A stretch of DNA of 64,000 bases from an uncultured Ignavibacteria bacterium (GCA_964607165.1 CAZSIT010000012.1:4301-68300), one strand, 5' to 3'. Shown: positions 1 through 10,272, numbered from the stretch's first letter. Notes: a model not told the origin generated them from the sequence alone. Numbers and translations: made by a program.

Positions 1-3
1 GGA

Positions 4-366
4 TTGTCGTATATGGCAATTAGCAAACACGGCGAGTATCAAAATCCCAAGAAAAGCCCGTATAACTTTGAACGCTACCAAAGCGATATGGAGCGGCGGA
101 TGATGGAACGGTTGGAAGACGACCCTGTTGTAAGACGCTGGATGAAACGTCATGGCATTTCCATTCCTTGGATTGATAGCCAGAAACACCAACGGCGTTA
201 TGTTCCGGATTTTCTTGTCGAGTATAGTGACGGCCGCAAAACCCTCATCGAAGTCAAAGACCCAAGCCGAATCGACTCAGATGACGTGAAACGCAAACGC
301 AAGGCGGCGGAAATGTGGTGCAAGCAACGGCGAATGGAATATGAAATAGCAACCATTTCACATTAA
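4..366 (+). CDS. TnsA endonuclease N-terminal domain / T4 gp4-like PD-(D/E)XK nuclease
   Basis: Motif YVPDFLVEYSDGRKTLIEVK and C-terminal KRKAAEMWCKQRRMEYEI; likely ATG at 13; upstream context is outside the window. Confidence 0.75.
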   Translation: MSYMAISKHGEYQNPKKSPYNFERYQSDMERRMMERLEDDPVVRRWMKRHGISIPWIDSQKHQRRYVPDFLVEYSDGRKTLIEVKDPSRIDSDDVKRKRKAAEMWCKQRRMEYEIATISH

Positions 367-374
367 AACAGAAA

Positions 375-400
375 GGGCGAACACGCCGGTTCGCCCCTAC
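375..400. repeat. GTAG-type REP-like palindrome
   Basis: gggcgaac-acgccg-gttcgccc-ctac; the CCCCTAC end recurs many times in the window. Confidence 0.7.
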
Positions 401-508
401 AATTTGACCACGTTTTTAAACTTCTTCGCTAAATTCCCCATTGCGTTGCGGGGAAGGGAAAAGGCTTTACTTTTTGGGCCGGGCACTCTACTTTTAAGGT
501 GAGTGTTT

Positions 509-1078
509 ATGGCCGCCAATCACAAGGAATTTGAAGAGCTGGCGATTCCGCATACCGATGCGCTTTTGCGCACGGCTTTGCGGATGACCAGAAACCAATC
601 CGACGCCGAGGATTTGGTGCAGGAGGCTTTCCTCAAAGCCTACCGCTTTTTCCACCGCTTTGAGCGGGGAACCAACATCCGCGCCTGGCTTTTCAAAATA
701 ATGACCAATCTTTTTATCAACAGCTACCGCAATCGGGCCAAACGGCCGCAGGAGACCTCCTTCGACGAAGTGGAAGAGAATTTCCTCTATAACAAACTGG
801 CGGAGGAAGGGCGGGCGGGAACTAATCCGGAAAAGGAACTGTTTGATAAACTGTACACCGACGAAGTCCAACAGGTGTTGGACCGATTGCCGGAAGAGTT
901 TAGAATGGTAGTTATGTTGAATTTTGTGGAAGGATTTGCGTATCAAGAGATTGCGGAAATTATGGGGATTGAGCTGGGGACGGTGAAATCGCGGCTGCAT
1001 CGCGGGCGTAAGATGCTGCAAAAAGGCTTGTGGGAACACGCCAAGAAAGCGGGGTACGTGAAGGAACGTAGCGAATGA
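509..1078 (+). CDS. ECF RNA polymerase sigma factor (SigH/RpoE-like)
   Basis: Region 2 DAEDLVQEAFLKAYR..AWLFKI; region 4 YQEIAEIMGIELGTVKSRLHRGR. Confidence 0.93.
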   Translation: MAANHKEFEELAIPHTDALLRTALRMTRNQSDAEDLVQEAFLKAYRFFHRFERGTNIRAWLFKIMTNLFINSYRNRAKRPQETSFDEVEENFLYNKLAEEGRAGTNPEKELFDKLYTDEVQQVLDRLPEEFRMVVMLNFVEGFAYQEIAEIMGIELGTVKSRLHRGRKMLQKGLWEHAKKAGYVKERSE

Positions 1079-1851
1079 TTGATTGCCGAAAGGCCGCTTT
1101 ACATCTTTACGAATACATCGACCGGGAACTGGACAGCCAGGCGGCGGCGGAAGTTGAAGCGCATATAAAACTTTGCAGCCCCTGCTTCAAGGAGTATGAT
1201 TTAGAAGCCAAACTAAAGGAATTCGTCCATCGAAAAGCGGCGGCTTGTCCGGGGACGGAAGAGTTGAAAACACGGATTTTGGCGGAATTACAAAAGATAG
1301 CCGCCGAGCCGGTGGAGCGGGGAAGAAGGATTTGGCTCTGGACCGGCGGGTTAGCCGCGGCCGCGGCTTTGATTTTCCTTTTTGTCTTCGGCCTCCCGCA
1401 TCTCGGCGGCGGGCCGGACCCGATGATAGTTCAGGCGGCGACGGAACATCAAAATCATCTGCTGGCGAGCGTCGCGAAGCTGCCGGAAGGAATTTCCGTC
1501 GATTCAGCCAATTCCATTCTTGAAGCACAAATCGGCTTTGACCCGGAGGTAACTTATTTTAAGCACATCTGGCCGGAGATAAGAGCTTTTCACGCCGCGA
1601 AGTGGAACGGCCGCTCGGCGGCCTGCCTTTACTTCGCGCCGGAGGGGGAAGAGGGAATTTCATTGTTAATCTGCCAAGATGCTTCCGGGTGGATGCCGAG
1701 AGGAAAGAAGGTCCGGCGCAGCGGAAAAGAATATGTTTTGGCTTCGCATAACGGCTGCCTGATGGTTTTCTGGACGTGGGAGGGGATGCTTTGCTGCGCG
1801 GTTGGAAAAGAGCCCGAAGAGAAGCTTTTGAATTTTACCGGATCGGTTTAA
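1075..1851 (+). CDS. zinc-binding (ZAS) transmembrane anti-sigma factor
   Basis: HIKLCSPC (HxxxCxxC), one TM helix, ATGA overlap with the sigma gene. Confidence 0.88.
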   Translation: MIDCRKAALHLYEYIDRELDSQAAAEVEAHIKLCSPCFKEYDLEAKLKEFVHRKAAACPGTEELKTRILAELQKIAAEPVERGRRIWLWTGGLAAAAALIFLFVFGLPHLGGGPDPMIVQAATEHQNHLLASVAKLPEGISVDSANSILEAQIGFDPEVTYFKHIWPEIRAFHAAKWNGRSAACLYFAPEGEEGISLLICQDASGWMPRGKKVRRSGKEYVLASHNGCLMVFWTWEGMLCCAVGKEPEEKLLNFTGSV

Positions 1852-1995
1852 GACTTAAAGTAAAACTTTAATCATCAGCACAATGCCATTCTATCGCCCG
1901 AATGGAAAGCGCCTTAATTTTCCCGGAAAATAGCCCGTAAGCTAAAAAGGGGGTTGCGCTATCGGTTTTCGGTGTTACATTTAAAGCAAGGCTTT

Positions 1996-2727
1996 ATGAA
2001 TAACTCCGAGCGCGCTTTAGTGGTTTTGGCCCGAGAGCCGGAAGAGGGGAAGGTTAAATCCCGGCTTAATTCGGACCTTTCCGCTCATGATACTTTTGAA
2101 TTGTATCAAGCGTTTGTGCTGGATACGTTACAATTGGCGTTATCAACAGAAGTCGGGCATCTTTTTGTGGCCTGCCTGGCGAACGGCCCCAAAACCCATT
2201 TAAATGAACTTATTAAAAATCTCTCCGCAGAACTGAAGGGGAAGAAACGGGAGAGCCTGAAAGAGAAGCTGGTATTAATTGACCAGAAGGGAAATCATCT
2301 GGGGGAGCGGTTAAATGAGACCTTTCGGCAGGTTTTTAAGGAAGGATATGAGAAAGTGGTTGTCATCGGCATCGACAGCCCCAGCTTGCCGAGAAAATCC
2401 CTGGAGCATGCCTTTAAGGTCTTGCACAAGAAAGACGTGGTGCTGGGCCCCACGCTGGACGGCAGCTACTATCTAATCGGGCTGAAAAAACCGTGTCCCA
2501 AGCTGTTTGAAAATATCCCATGGGACACCGGAGCAGTTTACAAGGTAACGGTTGAGCAATTAAAGAAGCTGGGTCTGGCCTGGGAGGAGCTGGAGCTTTG
2601 GTATGATGTGGACACCGCAGACGACTTGGAATTTTTAGTGCGGGACATCAATCAACTGCGTCTGGCGGGGGATGAGAAAAGTCTGAAGCATTCCGAAGAG
2701 ATTCTGGCCAAAATTTTAAAAACTTAA
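1996..2727 (+). CDS. DUF2064/TIGR04282 glycosyltransferase-like (CofC-like fold) protein
   Basis: AREPEEGKVKSRL, QKGNHLGERL, IGIDSPSL, VLGPTLDGSYYLIG, WYDVDT. Confidence 0.85.
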   Translation: MNNSERALVVLAREPEEGKVKSRLNSDLSAHDTFELYQAFVLDTLQLALSTEVGHLFVACLANGPKTHLNELIKNLSAELKGKKRESLKEKLVLIDQKGNHLGERLNETFRQVFKEGYEKVVVIGIDSPSLPRKSLEHAFKVLHKKDVVLGPTLDGSYYLIGLKKPCPKLFENIPWDTGAVYKVTVEQLKKLGLAWEELELWYDVDTADDLEFLVRDINQLRLAGDEKSLKHSEEILAKILKT

Positions 2728-3449
2728 TGAGGTTAGCCCAGCTTACCTGGCAAGAATTCGCTGAAATCGTTCCCTCGCAGCGGGACGCAGCGATTCTTCC
2801 GGTCGGCACCATCGAAGCGCACGGGGTCACCTCGCTGGCGACCGATGTTTTTATTCCTGAAAAAATTGCCGAAGAGATAGCCGACCGGCTGAAGGCGGTT
2901 GTTCTTCCCTCGGTTCCTTACGGTCTTACCCGTTCGCTGTACGGCTATCCCGGCTCGCTTACGGTTAAGCCCTCAAGTTTTGAAGGATACGTTTCGGAAA
3001 TTTTGGATTCCTGCGCCTATCACAAATTCAAGAAAGTGGTCGTCTTAAACGGCCACGGCGGGAACAATGACAGCTTAAAAAGGGTTTGTCAGGAAGGGTT
3101 CTACCGCACCGGGTTGAAAATAGCTTTGGTGCACTGGTGGCTTTTGGCGGGCGAAGTTTGCCGCGAAGTGTATGGACAAGAGGGCGGACATGCGGCTTTG
3201 GATGAGAATGCTTTTATGCTCGCCTTTTGGCCAAATTTGGTGAAAAAAGAGCGGTACAAACCGGAGATGGTTTACTTGCACGAAGGAGCAGGAGAGGTGT
3301 ATCCGAATCCAGGCTCGATAATCATTTACAAAGAGGGAGAGGGGTATTTGGATTTTGACGAGAACAAAGCTAAAAAATATGCTCGGGGGGCTATCGCCAA
3401 AGTCGGAGAATTTCTCGAAGACGTTTTCAAACGCTGGGAGAAAATTTAG
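2727..3449 (+). CDS. creatininase family amidohydrolase
   Basis: PVGTIEAHG..LATD, LNGHGGN, GGHAALDE. Confidence 0.9.
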   Translation: MRLAQLTWQEFAEIVPSQRDAAILPVGTIEAHGVTSLATDVFIPEKIAEEIADRLKAVVLPSVPYGLTRSLYGYPGSLTVKPSSFEGYVSEILDSCAYHKFKKVVVLNGHGGNNDSLKRVCQEGFYRTGLKIALVHWWLLAGEVCREVYGQEGGHAALDENAFMLAFWPNLVKKERYKPEMVYLHEGAGEVYPNPGSIIIYKEGEGYLDFDENKAKKYARGAIAKVGEFLEDVFKRWEKI

Positions 3450-4177
3450 TGCCGCTTTCCAAAGCTGAAATCCAAAAAATTTTAGAGGAGAACAAAAACC
3501 ACCGCTGCCCGGACGAGGCGCTTTGCGTGCGGATAGTTGCCATGGCCAATCTTCCTTCCCGTTTCGGGCAGTTTCAAGTGGTCGCTTTTCACAACAACTT
3601 TGACAATCTGGATCACGCCGCCTTTCTGGCGGGCGATGTTTACGGCACTGAAAACGTTCCAGTTCGCCTCCATTCCGAATGTTTAACGGGTGATGTGGTC
3701 GGTTCTTTGCGCTGCGACTGCCGGGACCAGTTGGAAGGAGCCTTGCGCCATATTGGGGAAAAAAACTTCGGTGTTCTGCTCTATTTGCGTCAAGAGGGGA
3801 GAGGGATTGGGCTTTCCAACAAAATTAAAGCGTATGCTTTGCAGGAAGATGGCCTGGATACCGTCGATGCCAACCTGGCGCTCGGTTTTCGGGAAGATGA
3901 GCGGGATTACGGGATTGCGGCGCATATGCTCTATTCGCTCAAAATTCGTTCCATCAAATTGTTGACCAACAATCCGGAAAAAATCAAGCAGCTGACGGCT
4001 TTGAAAGTTAAAGTCGTGGAGCGGGTTCCTTTAATCATCCCTCCCAACGAGTTCAACCGGAAGTATCTGGAAACCAAGGCCGAGCGAGCGGCGCATCTTT
4101 TGGGCGACAAAAGCTCTTTGCGTTTTTTAGAGCAGATGGACGAGCTTTTGGTGGATGAGGATGGGAAATCGGGTTGA
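3449..4177 (+). CDS. ribA: GTP cyclohydrolase II
   Basis: VRLHSECLTGD..SLRCDC, QEGRGIGL, KIKAYALQ, LLTNNPEK. Confidence 0.93.
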   Translation: MPLSKAEIQKILEENKNHRCPDEALCVRIVAMANLPSRFGQFQVVAFHNNFDNLDHAAFLAGDVYGTENVPVRLHSECLTGDVVGSLRCDCRDQLEGALRHIGEKNFGVLLYLRQEGRGIGLSNKIKAYALQEDGLDTVDANLALGFREDERDYGIAAHMLYSLKIRSIKLLTNNPEKIKQLTALKVKVVERVPLIIPPNEFNRKYLETKAERAAHLLGDKSSLRFLEQMDELLVDEDGKSG

Positions 4178-4407
4178 CATAATTCCCCGGAGCAGCCCTT
4201 CGACTACGTTTGGGATAAAAAGCCCCTGGGCTACCCATTCGTGGTAATGGTTTTGATAGCGGAGATATTCAGGCCTCCGGTTTTGTGTGAGATATAGTTA
4301 CTATTAATAATTTGAGGATGGAAACCTTCCTCGACTTCGCTCGGAACAAGTAAAGGTTTACGCTACCCATAAGATACAAAAAAAGGCACGGCAGGAATTT
4401 CTCGATT

Positions 4408-6024
4408 TCAGACCTGCAATTGTCTTTTGCGGCCAACGGCCGCGAGTCCCAATAGAATGGCGGAAACGAGCAGAAAAATCGCAGGCATATTGGAAGCAAT
4501 GGCTTGGGGCGTTACGCCCATAAAGTCCAGAAGGGGAAGTTTGTTGACGGGGCCGACGTACCAAATAATCAGATAAACCACTTCGAACAACTTGCTTGTT
4601 CCGCTCCAAACCCCGAGGGACAAAGCCAGGGAGGGAATAAACAGCGCGCCGACCAGCCAGCCCGCAAAGCTTACCGCCTCCCCGGACAGAAGAAAATGCA
4701 ACCCGGCACCGGCGCCGGTCAAGAGCGTCACGATGAAGCCGGCGGCCCACAGGGCGGGGAGCTGGCGCTTCAAGGGAAAAGGGGTGGAAAAAAGAAGCTG
4801 GTCAGTACGATGGTACGTTTCTTTTGTTCCGATTGGAGACCAGATTAAAATGGGCCAGACCCAGGCGATGGGGAAAAGGACGGCGCGCACGGCACCAAGG
4901 GGAGCAAAAAGAGAAGCCACGGACAAGCCTGCCGCCACAACCAGCCACCACCAACGCATATCTTTGCGCATCAGGCGCAGTTCGCCCAAAAGAAGGGGCC
5001 AAAAGTTCATTCGCAGTGCTCCGTTTACAAGCGGCGTGAGCGATACGGGAAGCGCTGCGGGTGCCGGAACGGCCGTACTTTCCGATTGAGAATTTTCCCG
5101 CTTTTTTTCCTTTGGCGTTTTGGCCTGCGAGCCGAAGCGGTCAAAGAAAAGCGAGGAGAGGAGCGTAAGCACAAAAGCGACGCCGAACCAGAACAGACGT
5201 CCGAGAAGAATTTCCGGCGTCCAGTTTACGCCTTCCCAGACAAAGGTGGTGAGGGGAGCGCCCTTGTTCGCGTCCAAATCGAAACGATAACCCAAGCTGA
5301 AAGAGCCATCGTAGCCGGGTAAGGCGGCGCGGGCGGCGGCCTGCATACCCGCCAGCGGGATGCTGACGCCCAAAAAATCGTAAAAGGGGGTTTGAATCAA
5401 CGCGCCCTGTTGGCGGGAGAGCGGAATCATAAGGGAGCCGAGTAAGCCGTTCCAGAGAAAGTAATACGCCACATTCCCCAGTCCGCCTTTGAGGGGGCGA
5501 ATCGACTCGAACAGCACGGCCAAGGCGGCAACCACACCCATCACAGGCAAGACGATAATAAGGAACGGAGCGACCAGGAGCCAGGGGCGAATGTGCATAT
5601 CCTCCCCGCGCAAAAGCTGCATTCCGGCGGCAATTAGAATCAGAGCAAGTATCATCGAAGATAGAACGGCAAAGTTGCTGAGCGCTTTTCCGAGGAGGTA
5701 AAGATGCTTCTGTATCGGAGTGGCCGCCAGAATTTGGCCAACTCCGGTTCTTTCGTCCCGGGCGACGGCGTTCTTGACCAAGTAAAAACCGAAAAGAGAG
5801 AGGAAGACGACGCACATTGCCGCCATGTTTCCTCCGACCCAGGCGGAGTTGTAAATGCCACGGCTGTCGCCCATCGTGATGGTTTTGTAAATGGCGTCGG
5901 GCGGGGGCAGGAAGGTGTAGCCGAGGTAGGCGGTGGCGGCCAGCAAAATCAAAAGGCCGGGACGCCGGACGCGCTCCAGAAAATCGGCGCGGGCCAAATG
6001 ATAGAGTAGATAAAATGTTTTCAA
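4408..6024 (-). CDS. ABC transporter permease
   Basis: Multi-TM protein with RDERTGVGQILAATP..YLLGK motif; overlaps the ATPase gene. Confidence 0.8.
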   Translation of the reverse strand: MKTFYLLYHLARADFLERVRRPGLLILLAATAYLGYTFLPPPDAIYKTITMGDSRGIYNSAWVGGNMAAMCVVFLSLFGFYLVKNAVARDERTGVGQILAATPIQKHLYLLGKALSNFAVLSSMILALILIAAGMQLLRGEDMHIRPWLLVAPFLIIVLPVMGVVAALAVLFESIRPLKGGLGNVAYYFLWNGLLGSLMIPLSRQQGALIQTPFYDFLGVSIPLAGMQAAARAALPGYDGSFSLGYRFDLDANKGAPLTTFVWEGVNWTPEILLGRLFWFGVAFVLTLLSSLFFDRFGSQAKTPKEKKRENSQSESTAVPAPAALPVSLTPLVNGALRMNFWPLLLGELRLMRKDMRWWWLVVAAGLSVASLFAPLGAVRAVLFPIAWVWPILIWSPIGTKETYHRTDQLLFSTPFPLKRQLPALWAAGFIVTLLTGAGAGLHFLLSGEAVSFAGWLVGALFIPSLALSLGVWSGTSKLFEVVYLIIWYVGPVNKLPLLDFMGVTPQAIASNMPAIFLLVSAILLGLAAVGRKRQLQV

Positions 6025-6905
6025 TTGCTCTGTTCGGAACGGCTTTTGGAGATGAAATACAAGTAAGCGTCCTCCAGCGTGGGGGAGGCCGATTGAGCCC
6101 CGGCTGCCGGCGTGGAATCTGCCACTACGCGCAGGTGCAGGCCATCGGAACGGCGGGTAGTGCCGCTAATCAGGTGCTTTTGCTTTACTTCCGGCAGGTT
6201 TTCGCTGGGGATTACCCACTCCCAGACTTTTCCTTCCACTGCTTGTAAAAGCTTTTCGGGGGAGGCACAGGCCAATAAACGGCCATGGGAAATGAGGGCA
6301 ATCTGGGTGGCGGCGGCCTCCACATCGGAAACGATGTGGGTGGAAAGAATGACGATGCGCTCGCCGGAAAGTTCGGAGAGCAGGTTGCGGAAGCGGACGC
6401 GCTCTTCGGGGTCCAAACCGGCGGTGGGCTCGTCCACAATCAGAAGTTTGGGGTCGTTCAACAACGCCTGCGCAATTCCGAGACGCTGTTTCATACCGCC
6501 GGAAAAGCCGCCCAAGGGGCGTTTGCGCACATCCGAAAGATTTACCAAAAGCAACAGCTCTTCGATGCGGCGTTTTGATGAAGCTTTATCCAGCCCTTTG
6601 GCGGCGGACAGGTATTCCAGAAACTCGACGGCATCCAGGTTTGGGTAAACGCCAAAGTCCTGCGGGAGGTAACCCAACACCTGGCGCAATTCGTCCGGTT
6701 TCCGCAAGACGTCGGTTTCGTTCCAGCTGACTTTTCCGGTGGTGGGCTTGGTCACGGTGGCCAAGATGCGCATCAAAGTAGATTTGCCGGCGCCATTGGG
6801 ACCCAGAAGGCCCAAGACCCCGGGGGAAAGATTCAGCGTGAACTCGCGCAGGCCCCAATGATTGCCTTTGTAGCGCTTGCCGACCTGCTCAATAGTTAGT
6901 TTCAA
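6021..6905 (-). CDS. ABC transporter ATP-binding protein
   Basis: GPNGAGKS, FSGGMKQR, LIVDEPT, STH. Confidence 0.95.
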   Translation of the reverse strand: MKLTIEQVGKRYKGNHWGLREFTLNLSPGVLGLLGPNGAGKSTLMRILATVTKPTTGKVSWNETDVLRKPDELRQVLGYLPQDFGVYPNLDAVEFLEYLSAAKGLDKASSKRRIEELLLLVNLSDVRKRPLGGFSGGMKQRLGIAQALLNDPKLLIVDEPTAGLDPEERVRFRNLLSELSGERIVILSTHIVSDVEAAATQIALISHGRLLACASPEKLLQAVEGKVWEWVIPSENLPEVKQKHLISGTTRRSDGLHLRVVADSTPAAGAQSASPTLEDAYLYFISKSRSEQSN

Positions 6906-6941
6906 GATCGTGTTTTTCGGATGCCGCTTGGGAAATTTGGG

Positions 6942-7925
6942 TTATTCGATTGTTTTCCAGTTCCCATTTTCCCAAACCTCGATACGGGTGATGGGGTGAA
7001 TTTCCCAGGCGGTTCCGCGCCAGTTTCCGACGCTATGGGCATCGGCGTGGGCGTTATCGAAAAATAACCAGCCGTAAATCCGTACTTTGGTCGGGGGGCG
7101 CAACATATTTCCGTTGTAACCTCCCTTGTAGCTTGCGTATTGTCCCAAATCCGTCTCGGCCCAAGATGTGTGGTTTTCCCCAAACCAGGGAGTTACTTCG
7201 GTTACCACCACCTTGTACCTTTGGTTTTTTGGGTCACCCGCATCGGCGGCAAGCAGTTCAACGTGAAGGTCTTTGCGAGTGGAAGAAGTACAGTTGGTGG
7301 TTTCTTCCGCGCTTCTTTTTACCATCGCAAGATAGCCTTCGGACATCACCGATTTGGATTCCAGGCCTTGAAGGTAGGTTATCGGCTGATCTCCGGCGGG
7401 CAGCGTACGAACGTTTTTGGGAAGGCTTTTCAGCGCCAAGATTTGTTCTATAGTGATGGTTGAATAGGTGCAGGGTATTTCAATCCGGTTTTTTTTCTGA
7501 TTGGTCAGCCGGTAGCCGGTTTGAGAGGCACTCCCTTTGGGAGGACAGATGCTCCAATCGACCGTTAATTGTGAAGGGGTGCAATTCGGCAGTGAAACCG
7601 TCTGGCCAAAGGACGGAATCTCATACGAGACGTCTGCGGGTTGGCTGATTTCTTCTTCGTCTTCTTCTTCTTCGAGAATGACCGTGCAAAGAGATTTGGC
7701 AACATACGCCGTGTGGCCGTCTTTGAGAGCTATCTTATACCAGTAAGGGACGTCTCCTTTTACCGCATAGACATCCCCCTTATTCAAAACCGCCAAGATT
7801 TTGGCATCTGAAGCGGCCGCCTTGCGGGCGTTGGCGTGTTCAACTCGAATCCGTATGGAAGTCACCGCTGCCCAACAGGGGGCGGAGCAGATTATTAAAA
7901 ACAAGAAGATTTTTGCGGCACGCAT
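6942..7925 (-). CDS. secreted SH3b-domain protein with uncharacterised C-terminal domain
   Basis: Signal peptide, SH3b-like ANARKAA..WYKIALKDGHTAYV, acidic linker, C-terminal GWLFFD..WEIHPITRIEV; RBS aggagg. Confidence 0.7.
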   Translation of the reverse strand: MRAAKIFLFLIICSAPCWAAVTSIRIRVEHANARKAAASDAKILAVLNKGDVYAVKGDVPYWYKIALKDGHTAYVAKSLCTVILEEEEDEEEISQPADVSYEIPSFGQTVSLPNCTPSQLTVDWSICPPKGSASQTGYRLTNQKKNRIEIPCTYSTITIEQILALKSLPKNVRTLPAGDQPITYLQGLESKSVMSEGYLAMVKRSAEETTNCTSSTRKDLHVELLAADAGDPKNQRYKVVVTEVTPWFGENHTSWAETDLGQYASYKGGYNGNMLRPPTKVRIYGWLFFDNAHADAHSVGNWRGTAWEIHPITRIEVWENGNWKTIE

Positions 7926-7979
7926 AACCCCTCCTCTTTTTTAGGCGTTTTTGGAAATCTTTTTCAAATCATCCGTTTC

Positions 7980-9251
7980 CTATTTATACCGCACCCAGCG
8001 CACCAGTTCGGGCAGGGTGGGGCGTTTGCCGTACATCAAAATTCCAACGCGGAAAATTTTGGCGGAGAGCCAGCCCATAATCGTTACGCTTAACCCCATT
8101 ATCGTGTAGCTGGCGGCCAGCTGCCAGGCGGGAGGCGGCAGAAAGGAGATGCGCATCATCATCAAGGTGGGTGTGAAAAATGGGATTAAGGAAAGGATGG
8201 TTACCCATCTGGCGGCGGGATTTTGGGCGACAGCGAAACCGATTATGAAGGGCAAAATCATTGTCATCACGATGGGAAAGACAAATTGCTGGACTTCCTG
8301 ATCGGAATTGGAAATGGCTCCCAGGATGGCGAAAAGGGAGGTGAAGAGGAAGTAACCCAAAGCGAGGTAGATGAAGAAATTGACCACCAAAAGCGGGTTG
8401 AAGGCTCTGGAGAGGTCGAAACCAAAAGAAGAAAGGGTTTTGGCCGCCGGAGCGCCTATCACGGCACCCACTATAATCCAGATGAAAATCGAGGTTAGGG
8501 TGGCGGAGCCCAAACCGACAATTTTCCCCATCAACAGCTGGAAGGGGGTCACCGAAGAGGTCAAGACCTCGATGATGCGGGTGTTTTTTTCTTCCACGAT
8601 GGAACGGGCTAACATCACGCCGTATCCCAAAACGGACTGGAATAAAACAAAAATGAAAAAGAAAGAGAGCAGATAGGTTGAAATGAAACTCGATTCTTTG
8701 GCTCCCTTTTCGGACACCTGCAGCGCTTTTAAGTCGGCGCGCTTCAAGACCTCGGAAAGATTTTTGGCTTGAAAGCCTTGAACTTCCAGCCGGTGGGCGA
8801 TGACCACGTTGTTTATTCTTCTTTCCAATCTGTTCTGCGTTATGAAGTTGCCCAGTGATTTGGCGTAATACTCGGCGGACTGACCGGTGTCAATTTTCTC
8901 CGGAATTATGACATAGGCGCTGATATTTTCAAGTAGCACATCCCGGTTCAGCCCTTCTTTATCCCTTGGAAACGTGGAAGGATTATACGGTTTTTGGGAA
9001 AGCAGGACGGCCTTGGTGCCGTCGGAGAGGGTATCTTTGCTTAGGGCACTGTCCAATCGGGAATAGAGCCAGCCGGTCTGGTCGATGGCCGTCAGTTTGA
9101 GCTGGGGCTCTTTGGTTTTTTGGATTAGAATGCTGGGGAGAAACATAAAGATAAAGCCCATCAGCGGGGTGAGAATCGTTCCAATGACGAAAGATTTGGT
9201 GCGAACGACTCCCAAGTATTCTTTTTTGAGCACCACCAAAAAGCTTCTCAT
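7980..9251 (-). CDS. ABC-2 type permease (NatB/YhaP-like)
   Basis: SIVEEKNTRIIEVLTSS..LLMGKI; SAKIFRVGILMYGKRP. Confidence 0.9.
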   Translation of the reverse strand: MRSFLVVLKKEYLGVVRTKSFVIGTILTPLMGFIFMFLPSILIQKTKEPQLKLTAIDQTGWLYSRLDSALSKDTLSDGTKAVLLSQKPYNPSTFPRDKEGLNRDVLLENISAYVIIPEKIDTGQSAEYYAKSLGNFITQNRLERRINNVVIAHRLEVQGFQAKNLSEVLKRADLKALQVSEKGAKESSFISTYLLSFFFIFVLFQSVLGYGVMLARSIVEEKNTRIIEVLTSSVTPFQLLMGKIVGLGSATLTSIFIWIIVGAVIGAPAAKTLSSFGFDLSRAFNPLLVVNFFIYLALGYFLFTSLFAILGAISNSDQEVQQFVFPIVMTMILPFIIGFAVAQNPAARWVTILSLIPFFTPTLMMMRISFLPPPAWQLAASYTIMGLSVTIMGWLSAKIFRVGILMYGKRPTLPELVRWVRYK

Positions 9252-10156
9252 TTGACCTCCGAGGTTTTTACCGCCTCGATGAAGATATTGTGCAACGAAG
9301 GCTCCATCAACTCGAATCGGTGTATGCGGCTGCGGGAGGAAATTTCGCGCAGAAGAGATTGCGGGTCGGCACCGTTGGAGAGGCGCACTTCCTTATACGG
9401 GCCGTAGTCATCCACCTTGGCTATGCCGGAAAGGGATGAGAGATAAGTCGAATCTCCTTCCACCGAGATTGCAATCGAGGATTTGCCGTAGCGGCTTTTG
9501 ACTTCTTTCAGCGCCCCATCCAGAATCTTCTGTCCCCGGTTGATTAAACAGATATACTCGCACAATTTTTCGGCGCTGTCCATCTGATGGGTCGAAAAAA
9601 GGATGGTGGAGCCTTTGGCCTTTAATTCGAGGATGATGTCTTTGAGCAAATCCATATTTATAGGGTCTAAGCCGGAGAAAGGTTCGTCCAGTATCAGCAA
9701 TTTCGGCTCGTGCATAACGGTGCAGATGAACTGGATTTTTTGCTGCATTCCCTTGGAAAGCTCTTCCCCTTTTTTCTTGAGCCAGTCGGCCAGCCCGAGC
9801 CTTTCGGTCCACTCCGTGCCACGACGGCGGGCTTCCTTTGGGGAAAGCCCTTTCAGTTCGCCAAAATAGCACAGCAAATCCAGAACTTTCATCTTTTTGA
9901 AAATGCCGCGCTCTTCGGGCAGGTAGCCGATTTGTTTTTTGAATTCTTCGTTAAAATGCAGGCCGCCGATTTCGATTTTGCCTGAATCGGGAATTATGAT
10001 ATTCAATATCATCCGAATCGTAGTGGTTTTGCCGGCGCCGTTCGGCCCCAAAATGCCGTAAATGGAGCCGGCGGGAACTTCCAACGAAAGGGAATCAACG
10101 GCTTTAAAATTGCCGAAGCTTTTAGAAATTGAATCAATTTTTAAGTAGTTATCCAC
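9248..10156 (-). CDS. ABC transporter ATP-binding protein
   Basis: GPNGAGKT, LSKGMQQK, ILDEPFSGLD; GTG start at 10156 after AGGAGG (track starts at 10267). Confidence 0.93.
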   Translation of the reverse strand: MDNYLKIDSISKSFGNFKAVDSLSLEVPAGSIYGILGPNGAGKTTTIRMILNIIIPDSGKIEIGGLHFNEEFKKQIGYLPEERGIFKKMKVLDLLCYFGELKGLSPKEARRRGTEWTERLGLADWLKKKGEELSKGMQQKIQFICTVMHEPKLLILDEPFSGLDPINMDLLKDIILELKAKGSTILFSTHQMDSAEKLCEYICLINRGQKILDGALKEVKSRYGKSSIAISVEGDSTYLSSLSGIAKVDDYGPYKEVRLSNGADPQSLLREISSRSRIHRFELMEPSLHNIFIEAVKTSEVK

Positions 10157-10272
10157 GAAACGCCTCCTGCCTATCGACACTGGCCATTTTGGTTTTCTTA
10201 CGAAACTTTTTCGAGTTAAGTTGCACTTTTTATCCTTGTCCGGTCGGTCAATATAATCTAAATTCAAAGCGT

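Noticed and set aside
494-1039. Long antisense ORFs (also 5141-5815, 14325-14900, 54562-55473 and others)
   Set aside because: Shadows of well-supported genes on the opposite strand or in another frame
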